Below are positions 1 through 9,719 of a stretch of 64,000 nucleotides of DNA, piece after piece. The notes beneath the pieces were generated by a model that was given only the letters and a program-made list of their open reading frames with translations, did not search any database and was not told where the DNA came from. The position numbers and the translations under genes are program-made. The DNA is taken from assembly GCA_934121905.1 (NCBI GenBank), contig CAKOVI010000009.1:3986-67985 (forward strand). The letters run 5' to 3'. Source of the DNA: an uncultured Clostridia bacterium (GTDB lineage: Bacteria > Bacillota > Clostridia > TANB77 > CAG-508). Positions within the stretch are counted from its first letter, which is position 1. Each line of letters opens with the position of its first letter.

Positions 1-1202
1 AAATACTTCTTATCTTCCTCAGTCAAATCAGACTCACCAAGCACAGTTGCTAAAGCCCTTACATCTTGAACCTTAGAATAAGTCGCAAAAATTTTATCTG
101 CAAGTTTAGAATGGTCTTCTCTTGTGTATCCTTTTCCAATTCCATCTTTCATAAGCCTTGAAAGTGATTGCAAAATGTCAATTGGCGGATTAATTCCCTT
201 TTGATACAAATCTCTTCCCAAAACAATTTGTCCTTCTGTTATATATCCTGTTAAATCTGGTATAGGGTGTGATATATCATCATTTGGCATTGTAAGTATT
301 GGAATTTGAGTTATTGACCCTTCTCTTCCTTCTATCATTCCTGCTCTTTCATAAATTGATGCTAAATCACTATATAAATATCCAGGATATCCTTTTCTAC
401 TTGGAATTTCTCCCTTTAGTGTTGATACTTCTCTTAAGGCTTCTGCATATGCTGTCATATCTGTTAATACTACTAATACTTGATATCCTAAATCAAAGGC
501 TAAATATTCAGCACATGTAAGTGCAACTTTTGGGGTAAGTATTCTTTCTACAGATGCATCATTAGATAAATTTTGAAACATTACAACTTTTGAAAGTACA
601 CCATTTTCTTCAAAACTCTTTCTAAAAAATTCTGCTGTTTCAAACTCTGCACCCATAAGTCCAAATACTATTGCAAATTTTCCTCCATCAGTTATGTTTG
701 ATTGTCTTATTATTCTCTCAGCAAGCTCATTGTGATTTAAACCACTTCCAGAGAAAATCGGAATTTTTTGTCCTCTTATTAATGTAATCAATCCATCTAT
801 TGTTGATATTCCCGTATGGATATAATTACGTGGATATTTTCTTGCAATAGGATTTATTGGATTTGAATTTATATCTCTCGAGATATTTGTTTCAATGTCT
901 CCTAAACCGTCAATTGGTTTTCCTGCTCCATCAAATATTCTTCCAAGCATTAATGGAGATAGTTTTATTTTTAATGGTTCTCCCATAAATTCAGTTTGTA
1001 CATCTTTTATGTTGATTTCATTTGTTCCTTTGTATACTTGTATTGTTGTTATATCTTCATCCAAACGAAGTACATTTCCTATTCTTTTTTCACCATTTTT
1101 TAGTGTTATTTCTACTTGCTCTTCAAACGATACATCTTTTGGCGTTTTTATAAATACAAGTGGTCCATTTATTTCTTGTAGACCTAAATATTTTATTTTC
1201 AA
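1..1202 (-). CDS. atpB: V-type ATP synthase subunit B (C-terminal part cut by window start; TTG or GTG start near 1202-1211)
   Basis: Minus-strand translation from 1202 reads [18 protein letters not shown], and at the window start ...[23 protein letters not shown], which is the typical V1 B subunit. A GAGGTG SD lies upstream. It follows the A subunit, as in V-ATPase operons. Confidence 0.85.
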   Translation of the reverse strand, partial: MKIKYLGLQEINGPLVFIKTPKDVSFEEQVEITLKNGEKRIGNVLRLDEDITTIQVYKGTNEINIKDVQTEFMGEPLKIKLSPLMLGRIFDGAGKPIDGLGDIETNISRDINSNPINPIARKYPRNYIHTGISTIDGLITLIRGQKIPIFSGSGLNHNELAERIIRQSNITDGGKFAIVFGLMGAEFETAEFFRKSFEENGVLSKVVMFQNLSNDASVERILTPKVALTCAEYLAFDLGYQVLVVLTDMTAYAEALREVSTLKGEIPSRKGYPGYLYSDLASIYERAGMIEGREGSITQIPILTMPNDDISHPIPDLTGYITEGQIVLGRDLYQKGINPPIDILQSLSRLMKDGIGKGYTREDHSKLADKIFATYSKVQDVRALATVLGESDLTEEDKKY

Positions 1203-1216
1203 GTTTTTCACCTCTC

Positions 1217-1314
1217 TTGGACAAATAGGACCGGGTCTTTTTTGTCCCGTTTACTCATTTAGGACCGGGTCCTTTTTGGGTTGGGACAAAAAAGACCCGG
1301 TCCCATTTGTCCCA
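1217..1314. repeat. Palindromic MITE-like intergenic repeat, copy 1 (GGACCGGGTCTTTTTTGTCCC ... GGGACAAAAAAGACCCGGTCCC)
   Basis: Inverted-repeat arms read directly in the sequence. It sits between atpA and atpB. It belongs to a family with about 17 copies in the window. Confidence 0.85.
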
Positions 1315-1325
1315 TCTCGCCAGAA

Positions 1326-3104
1326 TTAAATATGTTCCTTATATTCATCTTCCAACTTTTTCAATCTATTTTTAATTCTAACATTAAACTCATCAATTTT
1401 TCCAATTTCATCATTTTTGACATTATACTTAAGTTCCTTATACTCGTCTAAAATGCCTGTCTTTTTAATTTCAGAAATAGGAATTCCTTTATTAATAAGC
1501 TTAAGTGCTCTTTCATAGAACAAAATAATAGTTTCCATCATTTTAAACTGTTTCTCAATAGGAACAGAAGTATCAATATCATTAAAGGAATTTTGTTGTA
1601 AGAAACCTATCCTTATGCTACTTGCAACTTCCAATAGAAGTTTTTTATCATCAGATAAAACATCTTGTCCAACAACTCTAGCAATTTCAAGAAGTTCATT
1701 TTCTTTTTCTAATATCTTAACTATTTTTGTTCTAAATTCCAAAAATTCGCTGTCAACATTATCATCATACCAATCTGATAAATTATCTACATACTCACTA
1801 TAACTTATATTCCAATCTATTGCAGGGTAATGTCTTGAATATGCCAAAGTCCTATTTAATCCCCAAAATACATGGACAAACCTTTTGGTATTTTGTGTAA
1901 CAGGCTCTGAAAAGTCTGAACCTTGCGGAGATACTGCACCTATAATTGTTACAGAACCTGTATTTCCATTTAAAGTTTCAACTTGACCTGCCCTTCCATA
2001 AAATTCTGATAATCTTGATGGTAAGTATGATGGAAATCCTTCTTCTGCTGGCATTTCTTCTAGTCTTCCTGATATTTCACGAAGTGCTTCTGCCCATCTT
2101 GATGTTGAATCTGCCATTATTGCTACATCATAGCCCATATCTCTATAGTATTCTGCAATTGTTATTCCTGTATAAATTGATGTTTCTCTTGCTGCAACTG
2201 GCATATTTGATGTATTTGCAATTAATACCGTTCTATCCATTAAAGGTCTTCCAGATTTTGGGTCTATTAACTTTGGAAAATCTTCCAAGACCTCTGTCAT
2301 TTCATTTCCACGCTCTCCACATCCTATATATACAATTATATCAGCATTTGACCATTTAGCTAATTGATGTTGTGTTACTGTCTTTCCTGTTCCAAAACCT
2401 CCAGGTATCATTGCAGTTCCACCCTTTGCAATTGGAAACAATGTGTCTATAACTCTCTGTCCTGTAATTAACGGAGTAGATATTGCGAGCCTATTTTTAT
2501 ATGGTCTTGGTTTTCTAACAGGCCATTTTTGAACCATATTTAGTTCTAAAACTTGACTATCTTCTCCTTCGGTTTCTATTTTAGCAATAGTATCAAGTAC
2601 TGTATAATCCCCTTCTGGAGCTATCTCAATAACCTTTGCTTTGCAATCAAATTTATTCATTATTTTGTTTGTAATAAGTTCTGTTTCCTTTACTTCTCCT
2701 ATTATAGAATTAAAGGTTACAACATTTCCTAATTGAACTTTTGGTACAAAATGCCACTTTTTTTCTGTATCAACTCCAATGTTTGATGCGCCTCTTTTTA
2801 TGAAATCTCCATATTCATCTTTTAAGGATTTAAGTGGTCTTTCTATTCCATCAAATATATTACTTATTATTCCAGGTCCCAAAACTAAAGTTAATGGTTC
2901 TTCTGCTCCAATTACCTCTTGTCCAATTTTTAATCCTGTTGTTCCTTCATAAACTTGAATTGTAGCAATATTTTCTGTTAACTTAATTACCTCACCCAAA
3001 ATTTTCTCTTTTGAAATATAGACAATATCGTGCATAGCAAAATCGCCTTCACCCTTAGCCTGTATAACTGGTCCATTAATAGAAATTATATACTTTTTTT
3101 GCAT
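1326..3104 (-). CDS. atpA: V-type ATP synthase catalytic subunit A
   Basis: 592 aa. P-loop GGFGTGKTV is present, and the ...[17 protein letters not shown] region is V-type A subunit specific. Confidence 0.95.
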   Translation of the reverse strand: MQKKYIISINGPVIQAKGEGDFAMHDIVYISKEKILGEVIKLTENIATIQVYEGTTGLKIGQEVIGAEEPLTLVLGPGIISNIFDGIERPLKSLKDEYGDFIKRGASNIGVDTEKKWHFVPKVQLGNVVTFNSIIGEVKETELITNKIMNKFDCKAKVIEIAPEGDYTVLDTIAKIETEGEDSQVLELNMVQKWPVRKPRPYKNRLAISTPLITGQRVIDTLFPIAKGGTAMIPGGFGTGKTVTQHQLAKWSNADIIVYIGCGERGNEMTEVLEDFPKLIDPKSGRPLMDRTVLIANTSNMPVAARETSIYTGITIAEYYRDMGYDVAIMADSTSRWAEALREISGRLEEMPAEEGFPSYLPSRLSEFYGRAGQVETLNGNTGSVTIIGAVSPQGSDFSEPVTQNTKRFVHVFWGLNRTLAYSRHYPAIDWNISYSEYVDNLSDWYDDNVDSEFLEFRTKIVKILEKENELLEIARVVGQDVLSDDKKLLLEVASSIRIGFLQQNSFNDIDTSVPIEKQFKMMETIILFYERALKLINKGIPISEIKKTGILDEYKELKYNVKNDEIGKIDEFNVRIKNRLKKLEDEYKEHI

Positions 3105-3108
3105 TTTT

Positions 3109-3676
3109 TTATCCTTTCAATCTCTCATCTATCATATTCAACAATGTATTATCAATAATAATTCCTTGATTTTTATTTTCTAAAATACATCCACCTATAT
3201 ATTTTGAATTTATCTCTCTTATACTTATATTACTGTATTTTTGAGAAATAATATATTGATATTTTTGGGTATCTTCCTTTGTTATCCCAATACATGTTGC
3301 CTGAGAAGTTTCTATTTTTGCAATTCCGTTCTTCAATTGAATTTATTAAAAAATCTTTATATTCTTCTTTTTCAGTAAATTCTTTTAATCTATTTATAGC
3401 TTCCAACTTCAAACTTTCTTTTATTCTTTTTCCTTCATCAATTATTTCTTTTTTACAATTAATTTCATAATTAAAAACTTTTTTGTTAAAATCTTTTTCT
3501 ATTCTTTGAACTGTTTTTTCATAATTGATTCTTTTCTTTTCTTCATATTCTTGTACTTCTTCTTCAATTCCTGCTTTTATTTCATCATCCACTTCTTTTT
3601 CAATTTGCTTATATTCCTTATTTGATGTATCTTGCAAACTCTGACTAAATTGCTGTAATTTTTCATTTATATCCAT
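3109..3676 (-). CDS. atpE: V-type ATP synthase subunit E, interrupted by an apparent single-base frameshift near 3336-3353
   Basis: ORF 3676..3230 is the N-terminal part (KE-rich coiled coil). ORF 3336..3109 is the C-terminal part (LKNGIAKIETSQ...IIIDNTLLNMIDERL). Together they are about 200 aa, the normal E subunit length. The overlap contains an A6/T3 run. Confidence 0.7.
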
Positions 3677-3693
3677 AATGATTCCTCCAATTG

Positions 3694-3927
3694 TTATATA
3701 ATTGTTATAAGTGGTGTTTTTTTGTTTAACCTTATATAATCAATTTTTTCTGAATATTCTTCATAAATTGGTTTACTTACTACAAGTATTCCAATTTCTT
3801 TATTTTGAATAATTTCATCTATTTTTTCTTCTATATCGTCGTTTTCTTTTACTGTAATTCCATCACAACCTGCAAGTTTTAATCCTATATACAGGTCATT
3901 ATTTTCTGTTATGCAATATATTTTCAT
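3694..3927 (-). CDS. atpF: V-type ATP synthase subunit F (short, 77 aa)
   Basis: MKIYCITENNDLYIGLKLAGCDGITVKE...KTPLITII matches the subunit F pattern. Confidence 0.75.
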   Translation of the reverse strand: MKIYCITENNDLYIGLKLAGCDGITVKENDDIEEKIDEIIQNKEIGILVVSKPIYEEYSEKIDYIRLNKKTPLITII

Positions 3928-3943
3928 AGTAAATACTCTCCTT

Positions 3944-4080
3944 TTGTTCCGTTGGGACCGGGTCTTTTTGGTACATTTTCAAGTTATTCCATTGATACCA
4001 AATCTTTGTAGTACAATGTACCAAAAAGACCCGGTCCCAATGGAACAATGCCCTAAAAAGAACCGATTCCAAAAGAACAA
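3944..4080. repeat. MITE-like palindromic repeat, copy 2 (composite: one full palindrome plus an extra half arm)
   Basis: TTGTTCCGTTGGGACCGGGTCTTTTTGGTACATT ... AATGTACCAAAAAGACCCGGTCCCAATGGAACAA, then CTAAAAAGAACCGATTCC. Confidence 0.85.
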
Positions 4081-4081
4081 T

Positions 4082-4555
4082 CTAAACCTTACTTATAATC
4101 ATAATAGCAATAATTAAACCATAAATAGCTATACCTTCTGCAAGACCTGCAAAAATAACAGTTTTACCAAGTAAGCTTGGATTTTCGCTAATAGCCCCAA
4201 CTGCACTTGAGGCAACAACTGCAACTGCAATACCTGAACCAATTGCTGATAGTCCAATAGCCAAAGCTGCTGCAATTAATCCAAGTCCTGATGATTTTTC
4301 TTCTTTTTCATCTGCAGCATTTTTTTCGGCTGTTGTTCCTTCTTGAACATTTTCTTCACTTGCTGGCATAGAAGTTACAACCACATCATTTTGAACATTA
4401 GTATTTGACGTATTTTCTTCTACTGAATTTTTTGTAGTAGCAGCATTAGAGTTTACCTTATTACTGCTTTTTGTAGTAGCTGCATAAACTCCTGTTGTGA
4501 TACTTGTTACTCCTATAAATAAAATTATTAATAATACACATATTTTTTTTGACAT
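4082..4555 (-). CDS. atpK: V-type ATPase proteolipid subunit K/c. A single C-terminal helical hairpin follows an N-terminal signal-peptide-like helix and an S/T/N/E-rich hydrophilic insert.
   Basis: The C-terminal 70 aa GLGLIAAALAIGLSAIGSGIAV...FAGLAEGIAIYGLIIAIMII carries the conserved carboxylate hairpin. There is a strong AGGAGG SD before the ATG at 4555. Residues 1-25 are hydrophobic and residues 26-85 are low complexity. Confidence 0.8.
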   Translation of the reverse strand: MSKKICVLLIILFIGVTSITTGVYAATTKSSNKVNSNAATTKNSVEENTSNTNVQNDVVVTSMPASEENVQEGTTAEKNAADEKEEKSSGLGLIAAALAIGLSAIGSGIAVAVVASSAVGAISENPSLLGKTVIFAGLAEGIAIYGLIIAIMIISKV

Positions 4556-4587
4556 TTTAAAATTCCTCCTATTATTATTTTTTTCTC

Positions 4588-4620
4588 ATTGGGACCAGAA
4601 AGAACCGACCCCAATGGTCC
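4588..4620. repeat. Short MITE-like palindrome, copy 3 (ATTGGGACCAGAAAGAACCGACCCCAATGG)
   Basis: Palindrome carrying the family core, located between atpI and atpK. Confidence 0.7.
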
Positions 4621-4629
4621 ACAAAAAAA

Positions 4630-6513
4630 TTATTCTTCTAATTGTTTTTTAATTGACCTATATTCTTTTCCACTTCCATCATAAAATCTACTAAATAACT
4701 CATAATACTCAAGTCTTAAAGTTTGAATTCCTACAATTAATCCTTCTAACACTAAAACTACTATATTTCCAAGAACAGCTATTAAGATATTTCCTGCACC
4801 TGTAGTCATATTTGCCAATAAATACACTGCCATACAAAGTCCAGCATGGTTTATTGCAAATGCTGCCAGTCTTAAAAATGAAATTGTATTACTCAAAAAT
4901 GAAAGTAACATTTCTATTATCTCAAATATTTTTTCAACAATTGGCGTACTCGCTTTTTCTTTCTTTTTTTCTAAAAAGTTTGTAATTTGGTCATTAAACA
5001 TAATAATTAAAACCAATATAATCGCAATTATAATTATTATATTAGTTGATACAAGCATTTTTCCGACTAAAAAGTAATAAGCTACACATATTAATACAAA
5101 TGCATATAATAAAATTCCCGCAACACCATTCTTATCTAAAAATATCTTTTTTAAATCTTTGTTTTTTATTCCATTTACAATATTTAAAAACATTGCCATA
5201 AGTATAAATACTGTTCCAACAGCAATTCCGTATACGAGCATTGTATTTATATTATTCATTGGACTTATTAAAACTGGCTTTATTATGTCTTCTTTACCAA
5301 ATACACTTCCATACAATACTCCAAATATTACAGATGATAATCCTCCTGCAAATAAAATTGCCCCATAAGTTTGTTTTTTCTTTATTAGTAAAATGATTCC
5401 TAATATTAAAAACACTAATCCATGTCCTACATCTCCAAACATGAATCCGAACATTATAAATGTAGAAATTGCAACAAACCATGTTGGGTCAAGCTCGTCC
5501 ATTTTAGGCATTCCATACATTTTTACTAGTTCTTCAAATGGTTTTATTATTTTGTTATTTTTAAGCTTGGTTGGTGGATTTTCCCCATCTCTGACAACAT
5601 AATCTATATCTGGCAATCCATCAAGTCTTTTTTTCATTGATTTTAAATTAATCTCTGGAACCCATGCAACAACATAAAAACTTCCATTTTGGTCATGAAC
5701 TATATATTTTTTTATTGTATTAATTTTATCATATGTTTGAAGCTCTCTATAAAGTCTTAGTATTGTCGTCATTGCTTCTTTTTTTAGTTCTTCTTGTTTT
5801 TGTTTAGCAAGTTTTGTATCATTTTCTCTTTGTTTTATTTGTTCTTTTAAGTCTCTTAAATATTCTTTTGGTGTTTTTATTAAATCATCTGGTAATAGCT
5901 CTCTTTCAAATTTTTGAATATTGAATATTCCATCAACTTCACTTACAAATTCTGTTGTCGTAAAATATAATATCCAAGACAAATCACCTTCATCTTTTAC
6001 TTCAAATAAAATAATATTTAAATTGTTTAGTTCTTTTTTTATTTCTTCTAAATTTCTTTTCGGAATACATCCATATCTAAATTTTATATATTGTAAATTA
6101 TAAAGTTTTTGCATATCTATATCAATGTTTTCAATTCTTGATGCATCCTGTATTTTAATTAAAGCATCATCATTTAATTTTTCATTTGTTTCAATTATTT
6201 TTTTACAAGATTCGTAATTCAAATCCATCTCTTCTATTTTTTCAGATATATCTGCAACTTTATTTTCTAGTCTTACCATATCTGTATCTTTTGTATATTG
6301 AATATTTAATTTGTTTAATAGGGTTTCACATCTTTTAAGAGTTTCTTTTATCTTATAATCATATTCAAAATATTCTAGTTTCCAACCTTTGTTATATATC
6401 TTTTTTGCATCTTCTATTTGTACATCACTATTAAATAAAACATTTGCCAAAAATCTATCTAAATCTCTGCTGTTTCCTTTAATTCCTAAAAGCTTCATTT
6501 TTTCTATTGACAT
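4630..6513 (-). CDS. atpI: V-type ATP synthase subunit I (V0 a-type, 627 aa)
   Basis: Large N-terminal hydrophilic domain, then multiple TM helices, and the conserved C-terminal LRLEYYELFSRFYDGSG. Confidence 0.9.
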   Translation of the reverse strand: MSIEKMKLLGIKGNSRDLDRFLANVLFNSDVQIEDAKKIYNKGWKLEYFEYDYKIKETLKRCETLLNKLNIQYTKDTDMVRLENKVADISEKIEEMDLNYESCKKIIETNEKLNDDALIKIQDASRIENIDIDMQKLYNLQYIKFRYGCIPKRNLEEIKKELNNLNIILFEVKDEGDLSWILYFTTTEFVSEVDGIFNIQKFERELLPDDLIKTPKEYLRDLKEQIKQRENDTKLAKQKQEELKKEAMTTILRLYRELQTYDKINTIKKYIVHDQNGSFYVVAWVPEINLKSMKKRLDGLPDIDYVVRDGENPPTKLKNNKIIKPFEELVKMYGMPKMDELDPTWFVAISTFIMFGFMFGDVGHGLVFLILGIILLIKKKQTYGAILFAGGLSSVIFGVLYGSVFGKEDIIKPVLISPMNNINTMLVYGIAVGTVFILMAMFLNIVNGIKNKDLKKIFLDKNGVAGILLYAFVLICVAYYFLVGKMLVSTNIIIIIAIILVLIIMFNDQITNFLEKKKEKASTPIVEKIFEIIEMLLSFLSNTISFLRLAAFAINHAGLCMAVYLLANMTTGAGNILIAVLGNIVVLVLEGLIVGIQTLRLEYYELFSRFYDGSGKEYRSIKKQLEE

Positions 6514-6525
6514 TTGTCTTCCTCC

Positions 6526-7530
6526 TTATTGAACTAATCTTCTTAGGATTTCTTTTTTCTCCATATTGTATCTTATACCTTCTATTGTATTTATTATATC
6601 ATTATTTTCATATTCTACCATGTTAATATAACCCCAAATATAAGCCATTGACATTGTATCATTTCTAAAAATCTTTTTGTTTATATTATAAAGGTATCTG
6701 TCTATATTTTCTTCTAAATCTTCCTCGTCTGTAAATACTGATTTATAAACAGTTTCTTGCATTACTTCTTTTAATTCTTCAAATGAATTTATGCATGTTA
6801 ATTTATTTAAAATTTTGGGATTTAATTTGTAATATCTTTTTATAAGTATGTTTTCTAATTTTTGAACTTCGAAATTATAATATTTTTTTATTCTAAAAAT
6901 CCATAAGACATTTAATAAATCTATTTCTGAACCAATTATTTTCTTTAAATTTGCTTCTTTTTTTATTGTATCATATAGTGTTTCAAAATATAATTTATCC
7001 ATTTCGTTTTCTACTTCAAAAACATTTATGTCCTCTTGTTTTTGATATTTCTTTAGAATTTTATTGTATTTCATCCTTTTTATAGCTTCGAAAAATTCAT
7101 AAAAGTTTTCCACTGTTTCAATTCCTTTTATGTCCTCAAATACATTTTGTGTCCAATTTTTTACATTTTGAACAATTATGTCATTTGTTTTATCATCTGA
7201 AAATAGTTTTCTAAACATACTTTTTACACATTTTATTTCGTATTTTGATAGAAACATTTTAAAAGTCTCTAAATCTTTGTGGTCTAACAATTTTTCTATT
7301 TTTAAAATATTGTTTATTTGGTCTTTTTCTAGCAAACTTTCAATTTCTAATCTATCTATATTTTCATCCGAATTTTTAAATATTTCGCTTTTAGTCTTTA
7401 ACAACAATACTGCATTTTTTAGACTATTTTGCTTTACTAAATCCTCTAAGTCTGTTTTCGTAATCCTTTTAGAATACATGCCTTTCAGCTTTGCATTAAT
7501 ATTAGGGTATTTTACTCCTAAAATTTCCAT
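6526..7530 (-). CDS. atpC: V-type ATP synthase subunit C (V0 d-type, 334 aa)
   Basis: Length and the conserved C-terminal region (SMAYIWGYINMVEYE...IRYN) are typical of bacterial V-type subunit C. Confidence 0.8.
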   Translation of the reverse strand: MEILGVKYPNINAKLKGMYSKRITKTDLEDLVKQNSLKNAVLLLKTKSEIFKNSDENIDRLEIESLLEKDQINNILKIEKLLDHKDLETFKMFLSKYEIKCVKSMFRKLFSDDKTNDIIVQNVKNWTQNVFEDIKGIETVENFYEFFEAIKRMKYNKILKKYQKQEDINVFEVENEMDKLYFETLYDTIKKEANLKKIIGSEIDLLNVLWIFRIKKYYNFEVQKLENILIKRYYKLNPKILNKLTCINSFEELKEVMQETVYKSVFTDEEDLEENIDRYLYNINKKIFRNDTMSMAYIWGYINMVEYENNDIINTIEGIRYNMEKKEILRRLVQ

Positions 7531-7540
7531 TGCCTCTCCT

Positions 7541-7846
7541 TTAAATAATTCCTTCTAATAATTCTTTTAAAATCTTTGGCTTTTCTTGTTCATATTTTTC
7601 ATGTAATTTATTTATTTCTTTTTCTTTTTCTTCGTCTAGCTGTTTTTTCTTTTGTTCAAACATTTCATTATATTTTTCTTGTATATTTTTTCTTTTGTAC
7701 AAATATCTGCTATCTATAAGCTCTTTTTTCTTTTCTATTTCTTCACTTATATAATTTTCGATATTTTCTTCTTTTTCTTTTATTGAAGTTATTTTACTTT
7801 TTGCTGCATTATCTAAATCAATTATTTTATTTATTATTAAGTCCAA
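7541..7846 (-). CDS. Small KE-rich coiled-coil protein, probable V-type ATPase subunit G/H (TTG start)
   Basis: 101 aa of charged coiled coil as the first gene of the V-ATPase operon. The start codon is TTG. Confidence 0.55.
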   Translation of the reverse strand: MDLIINKIIDLDNAAKSKITSIKEKEENIENYISEEIEKKKELIDSRYLYKRKNIQEKYNEMFEQKKKQLDEEKEKEINKLHEKYEQEKPKILKELLEGII

Positions 7847-7872
7847 TCTAAATCATCTCTTTTCTTTTTTAT

Positions 7873-7900
7873 ATTATATATTTTTCAAAAAAAATTTCAA
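7873..7900 (-). promoter_or_regulatory. Sigma-A-like promoter for the V-ATPase operon (TTGAAA-16nt-TATAAT, read on the minus strand)
   Basis: Both hexamers read directly in the sequence, about 25 nt upstream of the first operon gene. Confidence 0.5.
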
Positions 7901-7915
7901 TAGTTTTTTGTTAAT

Positions 7916-9049
7916 TTATTCATAATCTCTCTCACTTATTGTAGGATATTTGAATTTTTTTCCTCCATCTGAAAATTGATATGATAATACATGGTCTTTT
8001 TCAAAGCTTGCACTTCCCTTTAAAAAATATTTATATTTGTATACATTTACTTTATAGCCATTTCCTACTATAATTGGATCATCCCAAGTTGGATCCATTA
8101 AATACCAATTTCCATCTAATTTTATACAATTCCATGCATGTGTTTCTGTTTTACCTGCACTATTTGTAGCTGTTCCTTGCATTATTTCGCATTCTATATT
8201 TATACTATTTGCTAAATATTTCAAACTTTTTGCATATCCCTCACATACGCATGTCTTTCCTACAAACGCACCATATAAACTATATGTTCCTAAAGCTTCA
8301 TATGTGGAATCGTATTCTACATTATCTATTATATAATCATGTATTGTCATTATTTTTTTATAATCATTTCCACTTAAATTTCTTATTATATTATTTTTGG
8401 TTTCTTCGATTTGACCAATTGCTCTGTCTATTTGTTCTGTTGATGTAAAACCATCTGCAAAATATGTTTCTCCTTCTTTTGCTGATATATATACATTATA
8501 GGATTTTCTTAGTAATTTTGTAATTGTTTCTATATTTATATACATTTTATTTACATCTAAATAAAATAAATCTACATTATCATGTAAAAATGCTTCTATT
8601 GCTGTTTGGTAGTCTTGCCATAGTTGTTTGTCTCCATTTTCTTGAGATAGTGTATCATAAAATTCATTTCCAAATTCTATTTTATAGTTTCCTTGCTTTA
8701 AATAGTCTTTACTTTCAAGTAATTTGTCATATATTATTTCTTGATTTTTGGATAATTGTTTATAAAAAAATTTACCAATTTCATCATCATTATCAATAAC
8801 TTTATTTTCTACTTCGTTTGTGTTTTCTATTGATTCACTAATATTTAGGGTTGATGTTTCAACACTTTTGTTTTGTTTTTCGCTTGGCTCTTCTGTCCAG
8901 ATGTTTCCTATTTTATAGGTTATATCTTCTCTAGTATCACCTGTTACGTCTTTATACATAGCTATTCCAAGGATTACAATACCTGCAATTAGTGCCATAG
9001 ATATTAGTGTTAATATTATTGTCATTATTTTGTTTTTCATATGTTTCAC
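7916..9049 (-). CDS. Membrane-anchored transglutaminase-like cysteine protease superfamily protein
   Basis: N-terminal TM helix. The C-terminal core CVCEGYAKSLKYL...THAWNCIKLDGNWYLMDPTWDD carries the Cys-His-Asp transglutaminase-like motif. Confidence 0.8.
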   Translation of the reverse strand: MKHMKNKIMTIILTLISMALIAGIVILGIAMYKDVTGDTREDITYKIGNIWTEEPSEKQNKSVETSTLNISESIENTNEVENKVIDNDDEIGKFFYKQLSKNQEIIYDKLLESKDYLKQGNYKIEFGNEFYDTLSQENGDKQLWQDYQTAIEAFLHDNVDLFYLDVNKMYINIETITKLLRKSYNVYISAKEGETYFADGFTSTEQIDRAIGQIEETKNNIIRNLSGNDYKKIMTIHDYIIDNVEYDSTYEALGTYSLYGAFVGKTCVCEGYAKSLKYLANSINIECEIMQGTATNSAGKTETHAWNCIKLDGNWYLMDPTWDDPIIVGNGYKVNVYKYKYFLKGSASFEKDHVLSYQFSDGGKKFKYPTISERDYE

Positions 9050-9091
9050 GTCCTTTATTTTCTTTCTCTTTTATGATAACAAAAAAAAATA

Positions 9092-9136
9092 AAAATAGCA
9101 ATATAATTTTAATATTATTGCTATTTTTATTTTTTT
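9092..9136 (-). terminator. Rho-independent terminator (bidirectional hairpin AAAATAGCAATAT...ATATTGCTATTTT with a T-run)
   Basis: Stem-loop with flanking A and T runs, downstream of the 9144..9581 gene. Confidence 0.55.
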
Positions 9137-9143
9137 CTCTTAA

Positions 9144-9581
9144 TTATATTTTCTTATAATCATTAACTTTTTTGTATGAATATATTGCAGATACACCACA
9201 TACAACAACTACTAATGCAATTATACTTCCTGTATTTGATAAACCTGTTTTTGCTAATGTGTTTGTTGTGTTTTTATTTGAGTTTGTATTTGCACTTGTA
9301 TTTCTTATTGTATTGTTTGTGTTGCTATTATTTGAATTTGTGTTTGTATTTGACGATAATGAAGTATTTGTATTATTTGCCGTATTATTTGTACTTGTAT
9401 TACTATTTGTATTAGTGTTAGTATTTGTTGTCGAATTATCTGTTGTTGAGTTCGATGTATTATTTGTTGCGGTTACTGCTTTAAATAAATCATCATCATC
9501 TGCTGCAAATACTGAATTTGCAAAAACCATTATTAAACAAACACTTAATATTAATACTGCTACTTTTTTCATATTTTTCAT
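9144..9581 (-). CDS. Secreted N/T/S-rich low-complexity surface protein with a C-terminal sorting-signal-like region (LAKTG/LSNTG, hydrophobic helix, KK tail)
   Basis: Signal peptide MKNMKKVAVLILSVCLIMVFANSVFA, then a roughly 90-aa N/T/S-rich tract. The C-terminus reads LAKTGLSNTGSIIALVVVVCGVSAIYSYKKVNDYKKI. Strong SD GGAGAG. Confidence 0.7.
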   Translation of the reverse strand: MKNMKKVAVLILSVCLIMVFANSVFAADDDDLFKAVTATNNTSNSTTDNSTTNTNTNTNSNTSTNNTANNTNTSLSSNTNTNSNNSNTNNTIRNTSANTNSNKNTTNTLAKTGLSNTGSIIALVVVVCGVSAIYSYKKVNDYKKI

Positions 9582-9651
9582 TTTTTTAATCTCTCCTCAC
9601 TAATTTAAAAATTTTTAAATATTATGTATTATCATTAGTCAACTCTTTTCT

Positions 9652-9680
9652 ATTTTACACCATTTTTATGCTTATGTCAA
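9652..9680 (-). promoter_or_regulatory. Sigma-A-like promoter (TTGACA-17nt-TAAAAT) for the surface-protein gene
   Basis: Hexamers read on the minus strand, about 55 nt upstream of the ATG at 9581. Confidence 0.5.
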
Positions 9681-9719
9681 TTTTTTTCGACCATTTTTTT
9701 TATTTTTTTTGTTTTTTTA

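Noticed and set aside
895-1329. Plus-strand ORFs antisense to the V-ATPase, aaRS and fab genes (e.g. 895..1329, 1946..2359, 5159..5368, 9172..9603, 10223..10762, 13633..14052, 38519..38929, 43507..44151)
   Set aside because: All lie fully inside well-supported minus-strand genes. They have low-complexity L/F/I-rich translations typical of AT-rich antisense frames and no SD sequences.
9144-9581. Low-complexity N/T/S tract as a possible tandem DNA repeat, or a phase-variable SSR
   Set aside because: The nucleotide sequence is degenerate (varied codons) rather than an exact tandem repeat. It is better explained as compositionally biased protein.
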